Source: Anthoceros angustus (Eukaryota > Plantae > Anthocerotophyta). From it: a DNA stretch of 64,000 bases. The notes beneath the pieces are model-generated. The model worked only from the letters and a program-made list of their open reading frames with translations. It searched no databases and was not told where the DNA came from. Below are positions 1 to 13,100 of the stretch, one piece after another (position 1 is the first letter of the stretch; every line of letters begins with the position of its first letter). The stretch is from the NCBI GenBank assembly GCA_010909165.1, contig MU008182.1, positions 372,001 through 436,000 of the forward strand, in the 5' to 3' direction. Both the position numbers and the translations under genes were made by a program.

Positions 1-3000
1 GAGCGCTTTTTACTTGATTTGGGATTCGTCCTTAGGCTCGCCTGTGGCCTTCCACTAACACCTACACCTCTAATCCTCTACTCATCTTCTCATCTCCTCA
101 TCCTCTTCCTCCTAGTCTAACCTCGATTCGGGCTTCTTGGTTTCGACCGCCTTAAGACAACCGCCTGGGTCCGCCTCCACCAAGAAGTTCTTCCTTGGGC
201 TTGCTATGAGTTTGACACTGTGACAATGAGAACCTCCAGGAGTCTTTCCACCTGTAGTCTACCCTCAAGCCGAGAGTTCTCGGGCATTTGCCACACACCC
301 AAAGCAAAGCAATTTCACGGCAACCATTCACAAGGGGAGCAACTCGTTTAGGCACTTGCAGCAAGTCCTCCACCAAGCACTCGACCACCGCGACTTCCTC
401 TCTACCAGACGTGTTGGCTCACAAATGCACGAAATTCCTCTGTAATGGCAAAGGACTCATGAGCGTGGAAGCGCAAGACATGATACTTTACTTTGTGAAA
501 TCCTCCTCCTCTTATAGGAGGCCTTCCACATACAACCTCCCTTGGGTGACCCTACTGCAGGTCACCTTTTCCAATATTCTATTATTTCCTACCGCCACAT
601 TTAATGTCCGCACCTAAGTCTATTGTCTGCTTGGTAAATCCTATTCTAGCAACTTCACCTAAGTCTATCCTCGAAGGATGTCGATTACATCACCGTCCTT
701 CCTATTCTTCTACCTAGCATTTATGGCCCTTGACCATATCTAGTCTTCACCTTTTGGGGTAGGGACGTGTCCGGTGGATTGGCTCCCTCGCCTCCTTTTG
801 CTCTTGCCCTTCCCGGCCTTTGTCCGCTTCCTAATGTGTGGGGCAAGTACAATCTTGCCCTTCCTCCATCTCCGCGGGCGGCGCCTGATTCCTCTTCCTC
901 CCAATCGCGCTTCCCGCGCACCTAGGCGCCTTCCTCCATCTCCGTCGCTGGTCGCGTTTTGTCGCACCCTACGGTAGTCTGGCGGACTACGGTGTGACCA
1001 TCGTGGTAGTCCGCCCCTAGCTCCTTACTTCCTTCTTTCCCGCCTCCGGTGAGGTTTCTTGGTAAATTCTATTCTAGCAACTTCACCTAAGACCATCCTT
1101 GAAGGATGTCGGTCTACATCACTATCCTTCCTATTCTTCTACCTAGCATTTATGGTCATTGACCATTCTAGTCTTCACCTTTTGGGGTAGGGGTGTCATT
1201 GGCTCCCTCGCCCTCCTTTTGCTCTTGCCCTTCCCGGCCTTTGTCGCTTCCTAATGTGTGGGGCAAGTACAATCTTGCCCTTCCTCCATCTCCGCGGGCG
1301 TCGATTCCTCGGCCTCCCAATCGCGCTTCCCGCGCACCTGGCGCCTTCCTCCATCTCCGTCGCTGGTCGCGTTTTGTCGCACCTACCGGTAGTCAGCGGA
1401 CTACGGGGTAGTGACCCATGTGTAGCTAACTCCTTCTTCCTTCTTTCCTCCATCGGTGAGGTTTCTTGGGTCGGGATCTTCATTGCTCTTTGCCTTGTTT
1501 GGTTGTCCATACCTATCATAGAGCACCCTTCATCCCCATCCGCCCACCATGCGATTTGCCTAATCTCTCCGGGCCCTTTTGCGTTGGACTCCTCCTCGGG
1601 TCCGGTTCCTCCCTTACTCGTGGGATAAGGGATTCCTCACCCCTTCTCCTCACGGGTCGGACCCGTCCTTAGTTTCCTCGGTGGGGTTGTCTCTCCCACC
1701 ACCCAGTGCTCCTCGGGGTATACTCTGCACCCCGGCTTTCCATCTTGATTGGGCCGTCCCAACTCCCCAACAAGCTGTGCCGCACCCTACCCGAGTCCGC
1801 ATCACCGCGAGGTGGTGCCCCCACGGTAGTCCGCAGATCATGGTAGGGTGGTCACCCACCGAGGTAGGGTGACCGCGAGGCGGGCTGTCCCCTCCTTGCT
1901 CTCGCCGTCTCCCGATCCGGTGTCGCGGTGGCTCCTTCACCTCGACTCCTCAGTTCCTCGAGTCCATTTCACCGATGGCCTCATCAAAATCGGAGGCCTC
2001 CGGCCGCACTTGCCCCTTCTCATCATCATCATGAGGACCCAATGTCCTCCTCTTGGCCAACCGTAAGACTTCGTTGTTGGCCTTCAAGATCTGTTGTGGA
2101 GGTGAGCCCCAAGTTGTGATCGCATTTGGAGATCATCAATCCGTGGGCCACTCTCCATCTTCACACCTACCTTGTAGGCATCTCTTGAGGTGGTTAATTC
2201 TCCCACCTTCACATGGAGGTTACATTCTCCTCCCTCACTTCCTTTAGCCGGTGGCCAATTTTGCTCAAGGGCATAGTCCGCCCAAAATCGCCGCTTCCTC
2301 ACTACCGATTGTGCACCACCTTCTTGTGGCGCCTCCTCCCGAGACCTCCTTTGTTCCAGTCCTAATTCTTTGGGCAAGCCCCTCTTTCTCGCTTGCCAAG
2401 CATCTTTTCTCCGGCTCTCTTGTGCTTCTCGTTCATCGCTCCTCTTCCAAATTGTAGGGTCCTTCTCAACTCCTCTCCCATATCCGGATTTTGATGGCTT
2501 AGTAGCCATCACTGCTCATGTGCGGCCACTTTGAGTTGCTGCTTCTCCTTTCCTAGTGCCTCGGCCTTCCTCTCTTGCTCTAATTGGGCAAAATGCTCTT
2601 CCGCCTCCATGAATCCTTTTGGGTTGTTGCCGAATGGCTCTTTCTTGACTTTGACAACTTCCCTCAGACCTTTCTCATGCGCGCTGTTCATGAGGTCGTG
2701 GAGCTTCTCCTGACCTTTCCAACTTGGCTGCCTTTTCATCGGACTCCATGGCCTCCAATTGCCATTTGGTCCACTGCCTTCTTCCGGCCATGTCTTGAGA
2801 TTTCACTTCTCTTGGCATGCCCACAAGGAGGCTATGTCTCTAGCCTTCAAATCCACCGGTGAGTGCTTCACAAGCACCCGCAATTCTCCTAGGGGTCCTA
2901 ATTCCACCCCTTCTTTCTTCTTGCTGGAAATTTCCAGCTCTCCTGCACTCTCGGGCCAGCCAGCCTTGGCAGCAGGCCCCTTCACCGCTCCATCCGCTCT

Positions 3001-5147
3001 CCCCAGTAGCGGAGATGGTGGCCTCGGCCGCGCACCTGTTTCTCCTTCCCTTCCCCGCCTTGGTAGTGTTTGCTGGCGTGGGGTGCACCGCCTACATGGT
3101 GAGGCTGCTCCCCGTGGTGCGCCTACCTACCATGGTTGTGCCTACCAGTGGCTGCCCACCCCTTGGGTGGCGCCTCCCTACAGGGGTAGTCAGCCGGGGT
3201 GCCTCTCGTAGGCACAAAGGAGATGGTGGGGACTCCCCACTCTCGGCATCACCCCTCCTGTGGTCCTTCTCTCATAGACCACCATCGGCCTTCTTGACGC
3301 TTCTTGCTCTTCTTCCCTTGCTTGCTCACTGTGGAAAGGATTCCCACTCGGCAACTTTGTTGCCTCGAACCTTCTCCTCTTGCTTCTAGCATTTTGTGGA
3401 GTCGACCTCCCACCGTCTTCGCAATGCAAAGGCAAAGGCCTTTCCAACCTCGGTGGAGATGGATGACCTCAAAGGGATGCCATGCATCTTCAAGCTCCTT
3501 GCTTGTGAGAAGTCCCTCGGTTTCCCATAAATGCACCAAATAGGTGCTAAGGTAGCGAGGGCCTTGGCCTTCCTCATCCACAATTTGGCTTGAGGAGCTT
3601 CTCTCGATGGTGTATAGGCCTTCGCATGATAGTCCCCAATCCGGCTTGGCTCCCATGGAAATCTTCCACAAAAATTGGAGGAAGTTGGTCTTTGAAATAA
3701 GAGTGCGTTGGTAATTTACCAACCCCAGCACAATCTTTGCGAAGAGCCTCCACTTGACTCCTTGATGCTCTCGGTCTTCCGACCATTCTTGGCGTGGGCT
3801 TTCCTCCATCCATCATGTCGAGGAACTCCTGCGGGATGTCGAGAGGTGTCCTCTTCCTCCATTCGACCTTTCGAGGAGAGCAATTCGAGCTCTCCTCCTC
3901 GGTCTTCCATACACTGTCGAATACTTGGTCCAGCGTGGATCGTTCTAGCATTCCTTGGTCGGCAGGCTTCCGATTGATGGAGGTTGATGTAACACTCCTC
4001 AATCAATTCCAAATTGGTGTAGGCCCATTGGCGGCCATACACCCATCCCAATTGGATGTTCTCCTCCTCGCCTTGCGAAAATCAACCAAATCTGGGGTTG
4101 AGCTGCCCGGCAAAGCAAGTGAATTGAGGCATCTCGACCTCACCTCACAGTGGCGCAGCTCACCTTCTTTCCTTTCCTCCTCGCGAGGAAGAGCCCTTGG
4201 TGGCTCCTTCCCTTGCCTTTCCAGCTCGAGGCATGGTGGCGTTCCCTCGCTCAGGAAGGATTACTCTCCAATTTGAGAGCTTCAAAATTTCACTTGACAC
4301 TCTTCCTTCCTTGTTGTGGTAACACACACTCAGCGGCCTCGTTCTGAATTTTTCAGTGCTGTAACCTTCTCCGTGGCCTTCCTCCGCGTGATTCTCCTCT
4401 TCCTCTCCAATTTTTCACTTGCTCTCCAAGTGCTCCGCCTTCTTGGCTCGCTTCACACTTCCTCTTCCTGGTTGGTGCGTGGTGAGCTCCTTCCTTGCGG
4501 TACTCGGCTTTCTTCCTTCCTTCCTTCCTTCCTTCTTTGGGTGGGTTCTTTCTCGATGGGCGCCGCAGCTCGCCTCGCTCCCGGCTTGCTCGCGGCGATG
4601 GCGGCTTTCTTCCTTCCTTCCTTCCTTGCTTACGCTCCAACTCAGTCTCGTTCTAGCTCTTGCGAAGTGGAGGCGGCGCACTTTGCCCTTTGGATGTACG
4701 CCACGGCGGCGCACAACCCTAGATTGGATTCATCATTCCAAAATCCTAATTCTACCTATTTTCCTATCACGCTATTCCTAATTAATCGCTTCTAAATTAA
4801 TATTTATTCCCTATTGGTGAGCATATATAGTGGATATCCCCTCTATTCTAAATTTCCTTTTAGCGATTGACCTACCACGGTGCCGCGCTTACCGACCCTA
4901 CGGCGTGTGTGGCGACCTACGGTGATGCCGACCTACCGCCCTTTGGACGCCTACTCGCTCGGGGTCGTTTCGACCCGTTCTTCTTCTGGGATATCCTCTT
5001 GCCTTCCTAACAATATCCTACAACTCCGACTTCAAGATTCTCGAGAAAATTTCTTGGCATGCTCCTCTTCAATCGTTCTTAGCCAAAAAAATCAAACTTG
5101 TTGTCTTGGGCTCTTTTGGGCTGGTTGCCCAAACTTTTCGTTCCACA
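1..5147 (-). repeat. Gypsy 3' LTR (partial, begins before the window)
   Basis: Ends ...ttccaca at 5147 (TG start on the minus strand) directly beside the PPT. Collinear with 19530-24167 and 46205-50807. Confidence 0.88.
150..4740 (-). pseudogene. LTR-internal coding-like region (charged/coiled-coil segments plus a domain resembling Athila-type accessory plant transposon proteins), frameshifted as assembled
   Basis: Peptides conserved across LTR copies: NIQLGWVYGRQWAYTNLELIEECYINL, DIPQEFLDMMDGG, KWRLFAKIVLG, YLSTYLVHLWETEGLLTSKELEDAW. A diverged homolog sits at 56000-57690. Confidence 0.6.
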
Positions 5148-5160
5148 TACTCCCCACCTC
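5148..5160 (-). promoter_or_regulatory. Polypurine tract of Gypsy copy 1
   Basis: Minus strand GAGGTGGGGAGTA immediately before the LTR start TGTGG. Same at 31809-31821. Confidence 0.85.
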
Positions 5161-5179
5161 ACTGTTTGCGTCCTCGCAA

Positions 5180-8100
5180 ACAATACTCAGTGAGGTACTT
5201 CTTGACCTTCCACCCATTGACTACGGTCGGCAATTTCGCCGTGCGGTTGCAGATCCATTCTCGTATCTGCGACCACCTCGTAAGGTCCCATCCATCTTAG
5301 CCTAAGCTTCCTGGAAAGTCTAGGTACCGACTATCATATAGAAGAACCAAATCCCGTCCACGATAGCCTCTTGCTTCCTCAACCTCCCATCATGCCGATC
5401 TTTTACGAGTTCACGAATCCATTTGTTTCTTCTAAAGCATCCTCCCTCGTTCTTCACCTCTATGAATGATTCTAAATCCTATCCATCCTCCATGATCATC
5501 GTTCATCCTCCATGATTACAGGTGGGTACTTCAAATTCCAGGCATCACGGGTGACATGCCATCGTTAGATAATAAGGGGTCTTCTTTGGTGGTTACCTTT
5601 CTGATCCTGTAAGCCCGATGCGAATGCAACTTAGCATCCCAATCATACATGTGTCCACGATACCTTGGTGAGGATTGTGCGAGCAACCCATTCGTCTTCT
5701 CCGTTAATCCATTCGCTTTGGGGTTGTAGGGGTCGTCTTCGATGCGAATGTTGAAGTAGGTGGTTTTGACGGCGAGTTGAGGAAATGTGTCCCCGTCGTG
5801 ACCAACTCTAAAGGACATCCATACGGTTATGATGTTCTCGAATAGAAACTTGGCTCTGCGGTCGTCGTCCTTCCTTGTTGCTTGACTTCCACCATCTTGT
5901 ACAATAATCCGTAGCCACCAAAATGTCTTGCTTCCTCGTCCATTGCGTTGGTGGTTTGATCGGTCTCTGATCGATTCCCCACTTCTCGAGCGGTGCTAGC
6001 GGCGGGATGTAGGTAAGAGGCCATTGTGTCGACAACGTGGGCCGTCCAACCCTCGACACGCATCACACCTCGGGTGAACTCCCACACATCCTTTTGCATC
6101 GCCGTACAAAACCCGGCATTCAAAATCTTCTTAACGGTCACTGCGAATAGTGTCCACCTGCCTCTTGCATGTAATGCCTCGTGACGGAAGCCTCCTTAGC
6201 CGAGACAGGCGGATCTTTTCGTCCGGACCCAAGTTTATGGGACACACCTTCCCGTATGCGATGAGTGCGGCTTTATGGAGAAAGACCGCCCGTCCTTCCC
6301 TTGACAACCCATCGGCATGGTTCCATGCTCCGAGAATTCGTACTTCACTCAACAAATACCTCGGGCATGAACGCCCCTCGCGTTCTAATCTTCTCCTTCC
6401 AGGTGTACCACGTCTCCTCCTCCTAGGATGTTCGTTAGTGGCTCCAAATGGCGTGTATCCATCCTCGGCCCACTCCGCCCATCTTGCCGTTCCTCAACTT
6501 GGTTCGCATGTTCTTCCTTCATTAACGAGTTGATTTTGCCTTCTAACCCGGCTGGGTCCATCTCGTGCTCCATGGCGACCTCCTCGACTTGTTGCACCTC
6601 CATGGTGATTTTGAGGATTGCGTCCTTAACTCTCCCTCGCAATTTTTTCAAGCTTGTCATGGGATGAGCTCCTTCCTCGCCCTCGCACCCACCTCCCTAG
6701 GCTTCTCCTCCTCGCGCCTCATGGCGCCCTGACCTCGCCAAGTGGGGGCCTTCCGTCGCTCAGCGGTGCTCTCATGTCGTTTTGCTTCTTTGCGTGGCCT
6801 CCACTTGCAGCCCTCACTGCTCACCCTTGAGGAGAATTCAGCCTCCTCCTTGCGCCCATGCTGGCGCCCTCCTATCTCTCGGTTCCAGTTGTCCTGCTGC
6901 GCTTTTCACTGCTGCGCCTTCTTGCTTTGGCCCCTCTGGCAACAAGACTTGGTCAATTCTTAGGCCGTCGACAACATGCTCACCTCCTTCCCTTGACTTG
7001 GGTCATGGTAACCAACTCCTCGTCGAAATCGATCATCGTGGCTTCAAGTCGCTCTCCGGTCTTCGGAGAAATGAAATCGGCATTACGATGTTGCTTCACT
7101 GGCCGGTTTCGTCATAGTCAAACTCTTGCAGCGATAATACCCACTGGCGATCCTTCGACAAATCGGCTTGTTGACAAGATACTTCAAGCAAAATGGTCGA
7201 CATGAGCGTTGCAAGCGGATAGTGTCTAAACTTCTTACAGAGTAAATGATACCAAGACCCTCTCCGTGGTTGAGTAGTTCTTTTCAGCATCCGTGGTATC
7301 TGCATAGAAAATCGGATGATCCGTTTCTTCTCATCTTCGACTTAAAGGCGGTCCCAATAGCATAGCGGACACATCCGTATACATGAAGCGGTTTTCCCAA
7401 TCTGGTTGTAAAGTTGGTGCGCTCACCAAGCATCCTTCAAGCTGCGAAAAGCCTCGCGTCATCCATTCGAAGGTGTATCCTTTTGGTTAATTGTGTCAAC
7501 AAGGCGCCTTCTTGGCGAAATCCTTGATGAACCTCTGTAATACCCACTAGCCCTACAAAAGCTACTTTTCACCGTGCAGCGTCCATCTCGACTATCCTAC
7601 CTTCTCTTTATCTACCAATCCTCGAAACTCGATGTGCTAATAGAATGCCCTCCGTCATGCCAAAATAACACTTCCACGGATGAAGTTTCATGTTCGACTC
7701 TGCATTTTGAAACATTGCCTCAAATGGTCTAAATGCAGGTTCCTTCTCCCAAATACCACGAAATCATCCGGAATACCTCCATGAACTTCCTCAGAAAATC
7801 TCGGAATATCGCGTTCACTACCTGGAAAGTGGCGGGGCATTACACAAGCGAAGGAGCTTGAATAGCGTAAGTTCCCCAATCCGTCGTGAGCGTTGTCTTG
7901 TCTGATCCTCCTCAGCGAAATTTGATTGTACCAGAATATCCATCGAGCTGTACATCTCATGCCATCAGTGTCAACACCTGTCCATGAAAGGTAAAGGGTG
8001 ATGATCCTTCTTCGTTGCCTCGTTGAGTTTTACGAAATCTTGACACACCGCACCTTTCCTGCTGCTTCTTTGGTACAATCACGATGGGGCGACCCACTCC

Positions 8101-9086
8101 TTTGGTGAGCAGGATAAATCACCCACCTCCAAGTATTGGTCGGTGATCCTTAACAACCATGGAATACTTGGGATTCATGTATTGCTTGATCCGCCTTTGA
8201 GTCTTGCCCTCCTTCAAATCTATTCGATGTATTCCAGTTCTTCGGTATCATGTCATTAATCTTGAAGGCAAACACATCAACATATTCTCTAAGGACCCTC
8301 TGAAACTCATCTTTTCTATGCCTAGGTACTTAGAAATCTTGACTACCTTGCTAGGTTCTAACTCTAGGTCTTCTACCGCGGGATCTACATATGTTCCTCT
8401 GGTGCTGCCTATCTTGGTTCGGATCCCTCTTAGGAAAGTCTCGCTCATAAGCTTTGCCCTTCAAAGGCTACTCCTTCTCTATGGGCCTCATCCTCGGACT
8501 CCTCTGACTTCCTCTATATAGCAGGCATACACCAAATCACTCTTTATTTGACCTCGTGAGGACCCCGATATGCTCGATCCTTTGCAGGAGCTTACCCCGT
8601 GCTACAGGTGTGTACCGTCGGTGGGTTGCGAGACTCCCCTCATAAGGAGCCTTACTCCATGACACAAAAGCAATCGCCGCAGTCGTATCTTGGACTTGAA
8701 GGTGATGCCACTCGACCAAAATCAAAAACACCGCAGCGATTACCATACAACCAAGGCCTACCTATCAAAACCTTATAGCCTAGATCGAGCGGTGCATCAC
8801 AATGTAGGTAAGATGGAAGGTGAGTCCCCAATTCTGATGGGCACGTCCTTGACACCCCTAGTGGCTTTCTCCTTGCAGTGGCCATCCGTAAAAATACTCG
8901 GGCGGGTGAAACTCGGTGAATCGAGTTGATGAGCCGTCTCCTCGTCATCAAGTTGACTCCATCCGAATCTAATGGCACGTCGGGCACAAACACCCGCAAT
9001 CTCAACCTCAATCTGGGTGCCCCTAAATCAATGAGTTCGACCACATTTACCTCCATGGGCTTTCTCCCTCCCCCTCTTGGATTCAC
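5180..9086 (-). pseudogene. Gypsy pol (protease, RT, RNase H, integrase), frameshifted as assembled
   Basis: LDSDGVNLM and LIGRPWL (protease); YNQISLR, FGRRNLHLDHLRQCF (RT); LEKWGID, ILVATDY, PYNPKANGLTEKTNG (integrase). Confidence 0.9.
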
Positions 9087-9347
9087 GATGAAAATAGGTC
9101 TAGATTAGGGCACTATTCATTAGGGCCTCATAACTTAAACATTATTATTTACCTAGGGTTATTTAGGTAGTTAGTAGTTATATTAGTTATATTGGTTACA
9201 ACAACTTACGGTTGCAACTACTTATGGTTGCAACCACTTATGGTTGTAACCACCCAACTACCCAGCCTATTTAAAGGCTTGTACTTTACTCATTAAACAC
9301 TTACATTGTTTCTTCTTCTTCTAATCTAAGAGCTCTGATTCTCATCA
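9087..9347 (+). repeat. Copia A 5' LTR
   Basis: Matches 16067-16318. Contains 16-bp GGTTGCAACCACTTAT-type repeats and TATTTAAA. First T missing. Confidence 0.93.
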
Positions 9348-9358
9348 TGGTATCGAGC
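9348..9358 (+). promoter_or_regulatory. Primer binding site, tRNA-iMet
   Basis: TGGTATCGAGC, the canonical TGGTATCAGAGC with one base lost, directly after the LTR CA. Confidence 0.85.
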
Positions 9359-9533
9359 ATCGTTGCTCTCTTGCTATGCTTATGTTTCTTATATATGAGG
9401 AGATTATTTACAAGGCACTCTTAAATCTAGCATTCGTCTAGATGGAGTGCTATTGTTCTACATTCTCTATTTCACCAATTCTTCATCTCTTCCTTTAACA
9501 TGCTTATATGTTTCAATCTTCTATAATTTCTCC

Positions 9534-10001
9534 ATGGACTTCAATTCTATTAGAAGGAGAAAACAGAAGGTTAAAAGGAAAGAGAATCTCATTAGGCAAC
9601 AAGCTATTGAGAGTGAAATAGAACAAATCTCTTCATCCATAGCAAATTTCATTGCATCAATTTTATTTCCAAAACCGGATCAAGGGAAGCTTATCAAGTT
9701 ATCAAGACTTCATTTACTTGAATACTTCAGCCCTCTTCATATTAAAGCTTTGGAATTGGCCCTTAACCATATTCCAAATTTAATAATTGGATTAAGTTCT
9801 TCCCGTACTCCTGTTTTGACAAATAAAAATAGAATTCAAACTCCATCTCTTCATGATTTTTATAATCAATTTTCATCTCTTAAAATTCAGGTCTCTAATC
9901 TTCAAACTGAATTATTTGATTTGAAATCAAAATTTTCTTTGTTTTCTGAGTTTAATACTAATCAAGGATTAGAGAGTATGTCATCATCTCCGAAAACATG
10001 A
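9534..10001 (+). CDS. Copia A upstream ORF or Gag N-terminal extension (basic N-terminus, coiled-coil heptads), unknown function
   Basis: 155-aa ORF from ATG 9534 (MDFNSIRRRKQKVKRKE...FSSLKIQVSNLQTELFDLKSKF). Conserved in copy 2 (~36225-36680). Lies upstream of the canonical Copia Gag start motif. Confidence 0.55.
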   Translation: MDFNSIRRRKQKVKRKENLIRQQAIESEIEQISSSIANFIASILFPKPDQGKLIKLSRLHLLEYFSPLHIKALELALNHIPNLIIGLSSSRTPVLTNKNRIQTPSLHDFYNQFSSLKIQVSNLQTELFDLKSKFSLFSEFNTNQGLESMSSSPKT

Positions 10002-10179
10002 TGGATGAATTCTATATGTGCAATAAAATTGAGCATAAGCCACATAGCACTTTGTCCTTTAAGGACGATTAGCTATGGCGAGTGATTGAAGAAGAATTTG
10101 AAGCTACCCAAAACTCGCCTATGGGTAATGATAATGTCCATCCTCCCACACATTATCATTTTGGTGATGGTTTCAAGAG

Positions 10180-13100
10180 AAAGATAGATTCAACGGAAAG
10201 ATTATGATATTTGGGCATTACGTATGCGAGGAGCATTGAGACAAAGAGCATTATGGGGTATTGTTGATGGATCCATAACGAGACCGAGGTCCGATGATGA
10301 GCGAGAACTTGATTTCACGGGCCGAGGATGAGAAGGCACAAGATTTATTAATAAGTGGACTCTCTCAACAAATGGTCGGGCATGTTGCAGCAAAACATCT
10401 CATGAAATGTGGTCTCACCTTACTCAATTATATTCATCACAAGATGTAATGAGCATTGTGGCGACTTCGTAACTTCGTAATTTATTTATGAAAGAATCCG
10501 ATACTATCGAACATCATATTAATGCTTTTAGACAAGCACGTTCCCAAGTTGAATCACTGGTGTACCTATATCCGAGATGGAAGCTTATGTCACCCTTCTA
10601 TCTTCATTGCCTCCCTCCTATCGTCCATTCATCACTACTCAAAAGCGCTTATTCGCAATTCACGAGAACTGCAGATGATGGCACAAAGGGTTTGACATAA
10701 GTGTTTACACGGTCGGAGCACTTCTCCGAGGAGGAGGCAAGTAGGCGCCATTCTCACTCCAGCCTAATAAACAACAAGTAATGTACTTGCAGAGGGTAGA
10801 GGAAGAGGGCGAGGCGGGGTTACTCTTCCCAACGCCTCCATATTCTTCGCCAAGTACGAACATTGGAGAAAGCTCTTCATCGACACCTTCAAAGGGTAAG
10901 AAGAAGAGCGGCATTATATGCAATTGGTGTAGGATCCCTAACCATATGGAAAAGGATTGTCACAAAGAAGAATGGTGAACCTCGAGGAGGCTTCACATGG
11001 AGTTAATGTAGCATCTAAAAGCAAACTTCATCAACTCCAATTGCTCACGTATGTTTGGCATCATCCAAGCCCTAATACCTCACGGTATTTAGACAGGTGG
11101 AGCAACATCACATATATGTTACAACAAAAGTTATTTTCAATCATACTCACCAACCATGTGGCACCAAGTCATCCTCTTGGGAGATGATCACAACTTATCA
11201 AGGTCGGTTCATTGTCTTGACATGTGATTACGGACAAGTCCTTCACCTCCACCAAGTACTCCATGTTCCATTAATGTGCAAGAATTTATTATCGGTTGCA
11301 AGTATTTGTCAAACCCATTCCATGCGGTGACCCTTTTTCAGATAGTTGCTTTCTCTCTCATGTAGGTGATAGCAATCATATTATTTGTAGTGGTACTTTA
11401 GAAGATGGCCTTTATAGATTATCTCCTAGTAGGAGGTCAACAATCTTGTCACCAGTTCTTCTCAAAGTCCCCTCCATCAATGTTATGGCATTGTCGCCTT
11501 GGTCACCCAAATAGTCAAAACTCACCCGGATGTCTAAGGAAACTTTTACGAAACCCATGTCTTGCAAATGTTGGGCATTTATCCAGTGCGAAACTTGTGT
11601 CCTCACAAAGCGTCACCAAGAGCCTTTTAAAAACAAATCTCCACAAAGGGCAAAGAAACCTTTAGAGATAGTGCATACAGACATCTGTGGACCTCTATCT
11701 ACATCTTCCTTTAGTGGAAGTAGGTATTTTTTGACTTTTATAGATGATTTTTCCCGTTTTGTCTCCTCCTATGTCTTGCAACACAAGTCCGATGCTTTTC
11801 AATTTTTCAAAGATTATATGAAATGGGCAGAGACTTACAGTTATGCGAAAACATTACGTTCGACAATGGAGGTGAATTTACATCTAATCGATTTGAGGAG
11901 TTTTGTCGGCGAAGGTATTGCTCAACAACTCACTGTCTATACTCCTCAACAAAATGGGAATAGAAAAATAAAAATCTGCGTTTAAGAGATAACAGTTGCT
12001 TATTAACACAAGTTGCCTAAGGTTTATTGAGGCCCTTCTTCGCAACCTATCTTATCAATCGCTTACATCGGGACACGGCATGACGCCTTATGAAGCGCGT
12101 TTATTGGCAAGAAACCGTCCATTGATCATCTTCGTATTTTTGGATCACCGCATATGTTTTCATTCCTAAAGCATTACGTAAGTTGGATCCCAAGGCAGCC
12201 AAGTATCTTTTCATAGGATATCAAGGCATTAAAGGGTATAAGTTATATAACCCTTCAACAAGACAACTTCTTTATGCTCGAGTGTTACATTCCATGAGTC
12301 TTACCTCTTTTCTCCAAGGTGGGAGTTGAAGTCGTTGACTCTGCGATGATGCTAATGATTTTCTACATTTGATGATCCTAATCCCTTCCTTTCCTTGTCC
12401 CTACTCCTCGTGTTCCTTCTTGACCCCATGTGCGGAGGAGGAGGAGCCTCTTCCACCTTCATCCGATCCCCTTGAGGCCATTTCAAGATGCTATACCTCC
12501 TGTTCAAGATGATAATGATCGGTTGGAGGCGGTAATCAAGAAATGGATCCCTTAGAACAAGAAGATGAACCGGTTCTCTGGAAGACACACACGCAAGGTA
12601 CAACCTTAGATCACGTCCACTCATCTCGGCCTGCTGGTTGGAAAGAACCCCTTTGGGATACCTTGCTATTTTTCCCGATTCTAATTCTCCGAGTCCCTTT
12701 ATAATCAAGGCATGTACCAGAGAACTTAGAAGAGCCTCTTACCCTAAAACAAGCCTTCTCTTCTCCTCCAAACATCTATGGAAGGAAGTCAGATTCGGAG
12801 TATAATTCCCTCATTAGTAATTCTACATGGGAATTAGTTGAACCTCCTAAGGGTAGAAAAATAGTAACCAGCAAATGGGTATTTAAGATAAAGAGAAAAG
12901 GAGATGGATCCGTGGAAAGGTATAAAGCACGTCTAGTTGCTAGAGGTTTTACCCAAATCCACGGACTAGACTATATACCTTGGGCCACTTATGCTCACAG
13001 CCAAGTTTGCCACTCTTCGCATGATCTTATATATGTGCGACGATCTTGAACTTCATATGATGGATGTGAAGACAGCATATTTGTATGGCGCTTGAAAGAA

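Noticed and set aside
288-5305. Numerous plus-strand S/L/P/F-rich ORFs in the Gypsy LTRs
   Set aside because: Antisense shadows of purine-rich minus-strand sequence; no domain signal.
6300-6345. NHADGLSR read as the end of a second RNase H
   Set aside because: Copy 2 reads MPDGLSRE, the usual pre-integrase segment; no catalytic RNase H motifs upstream.
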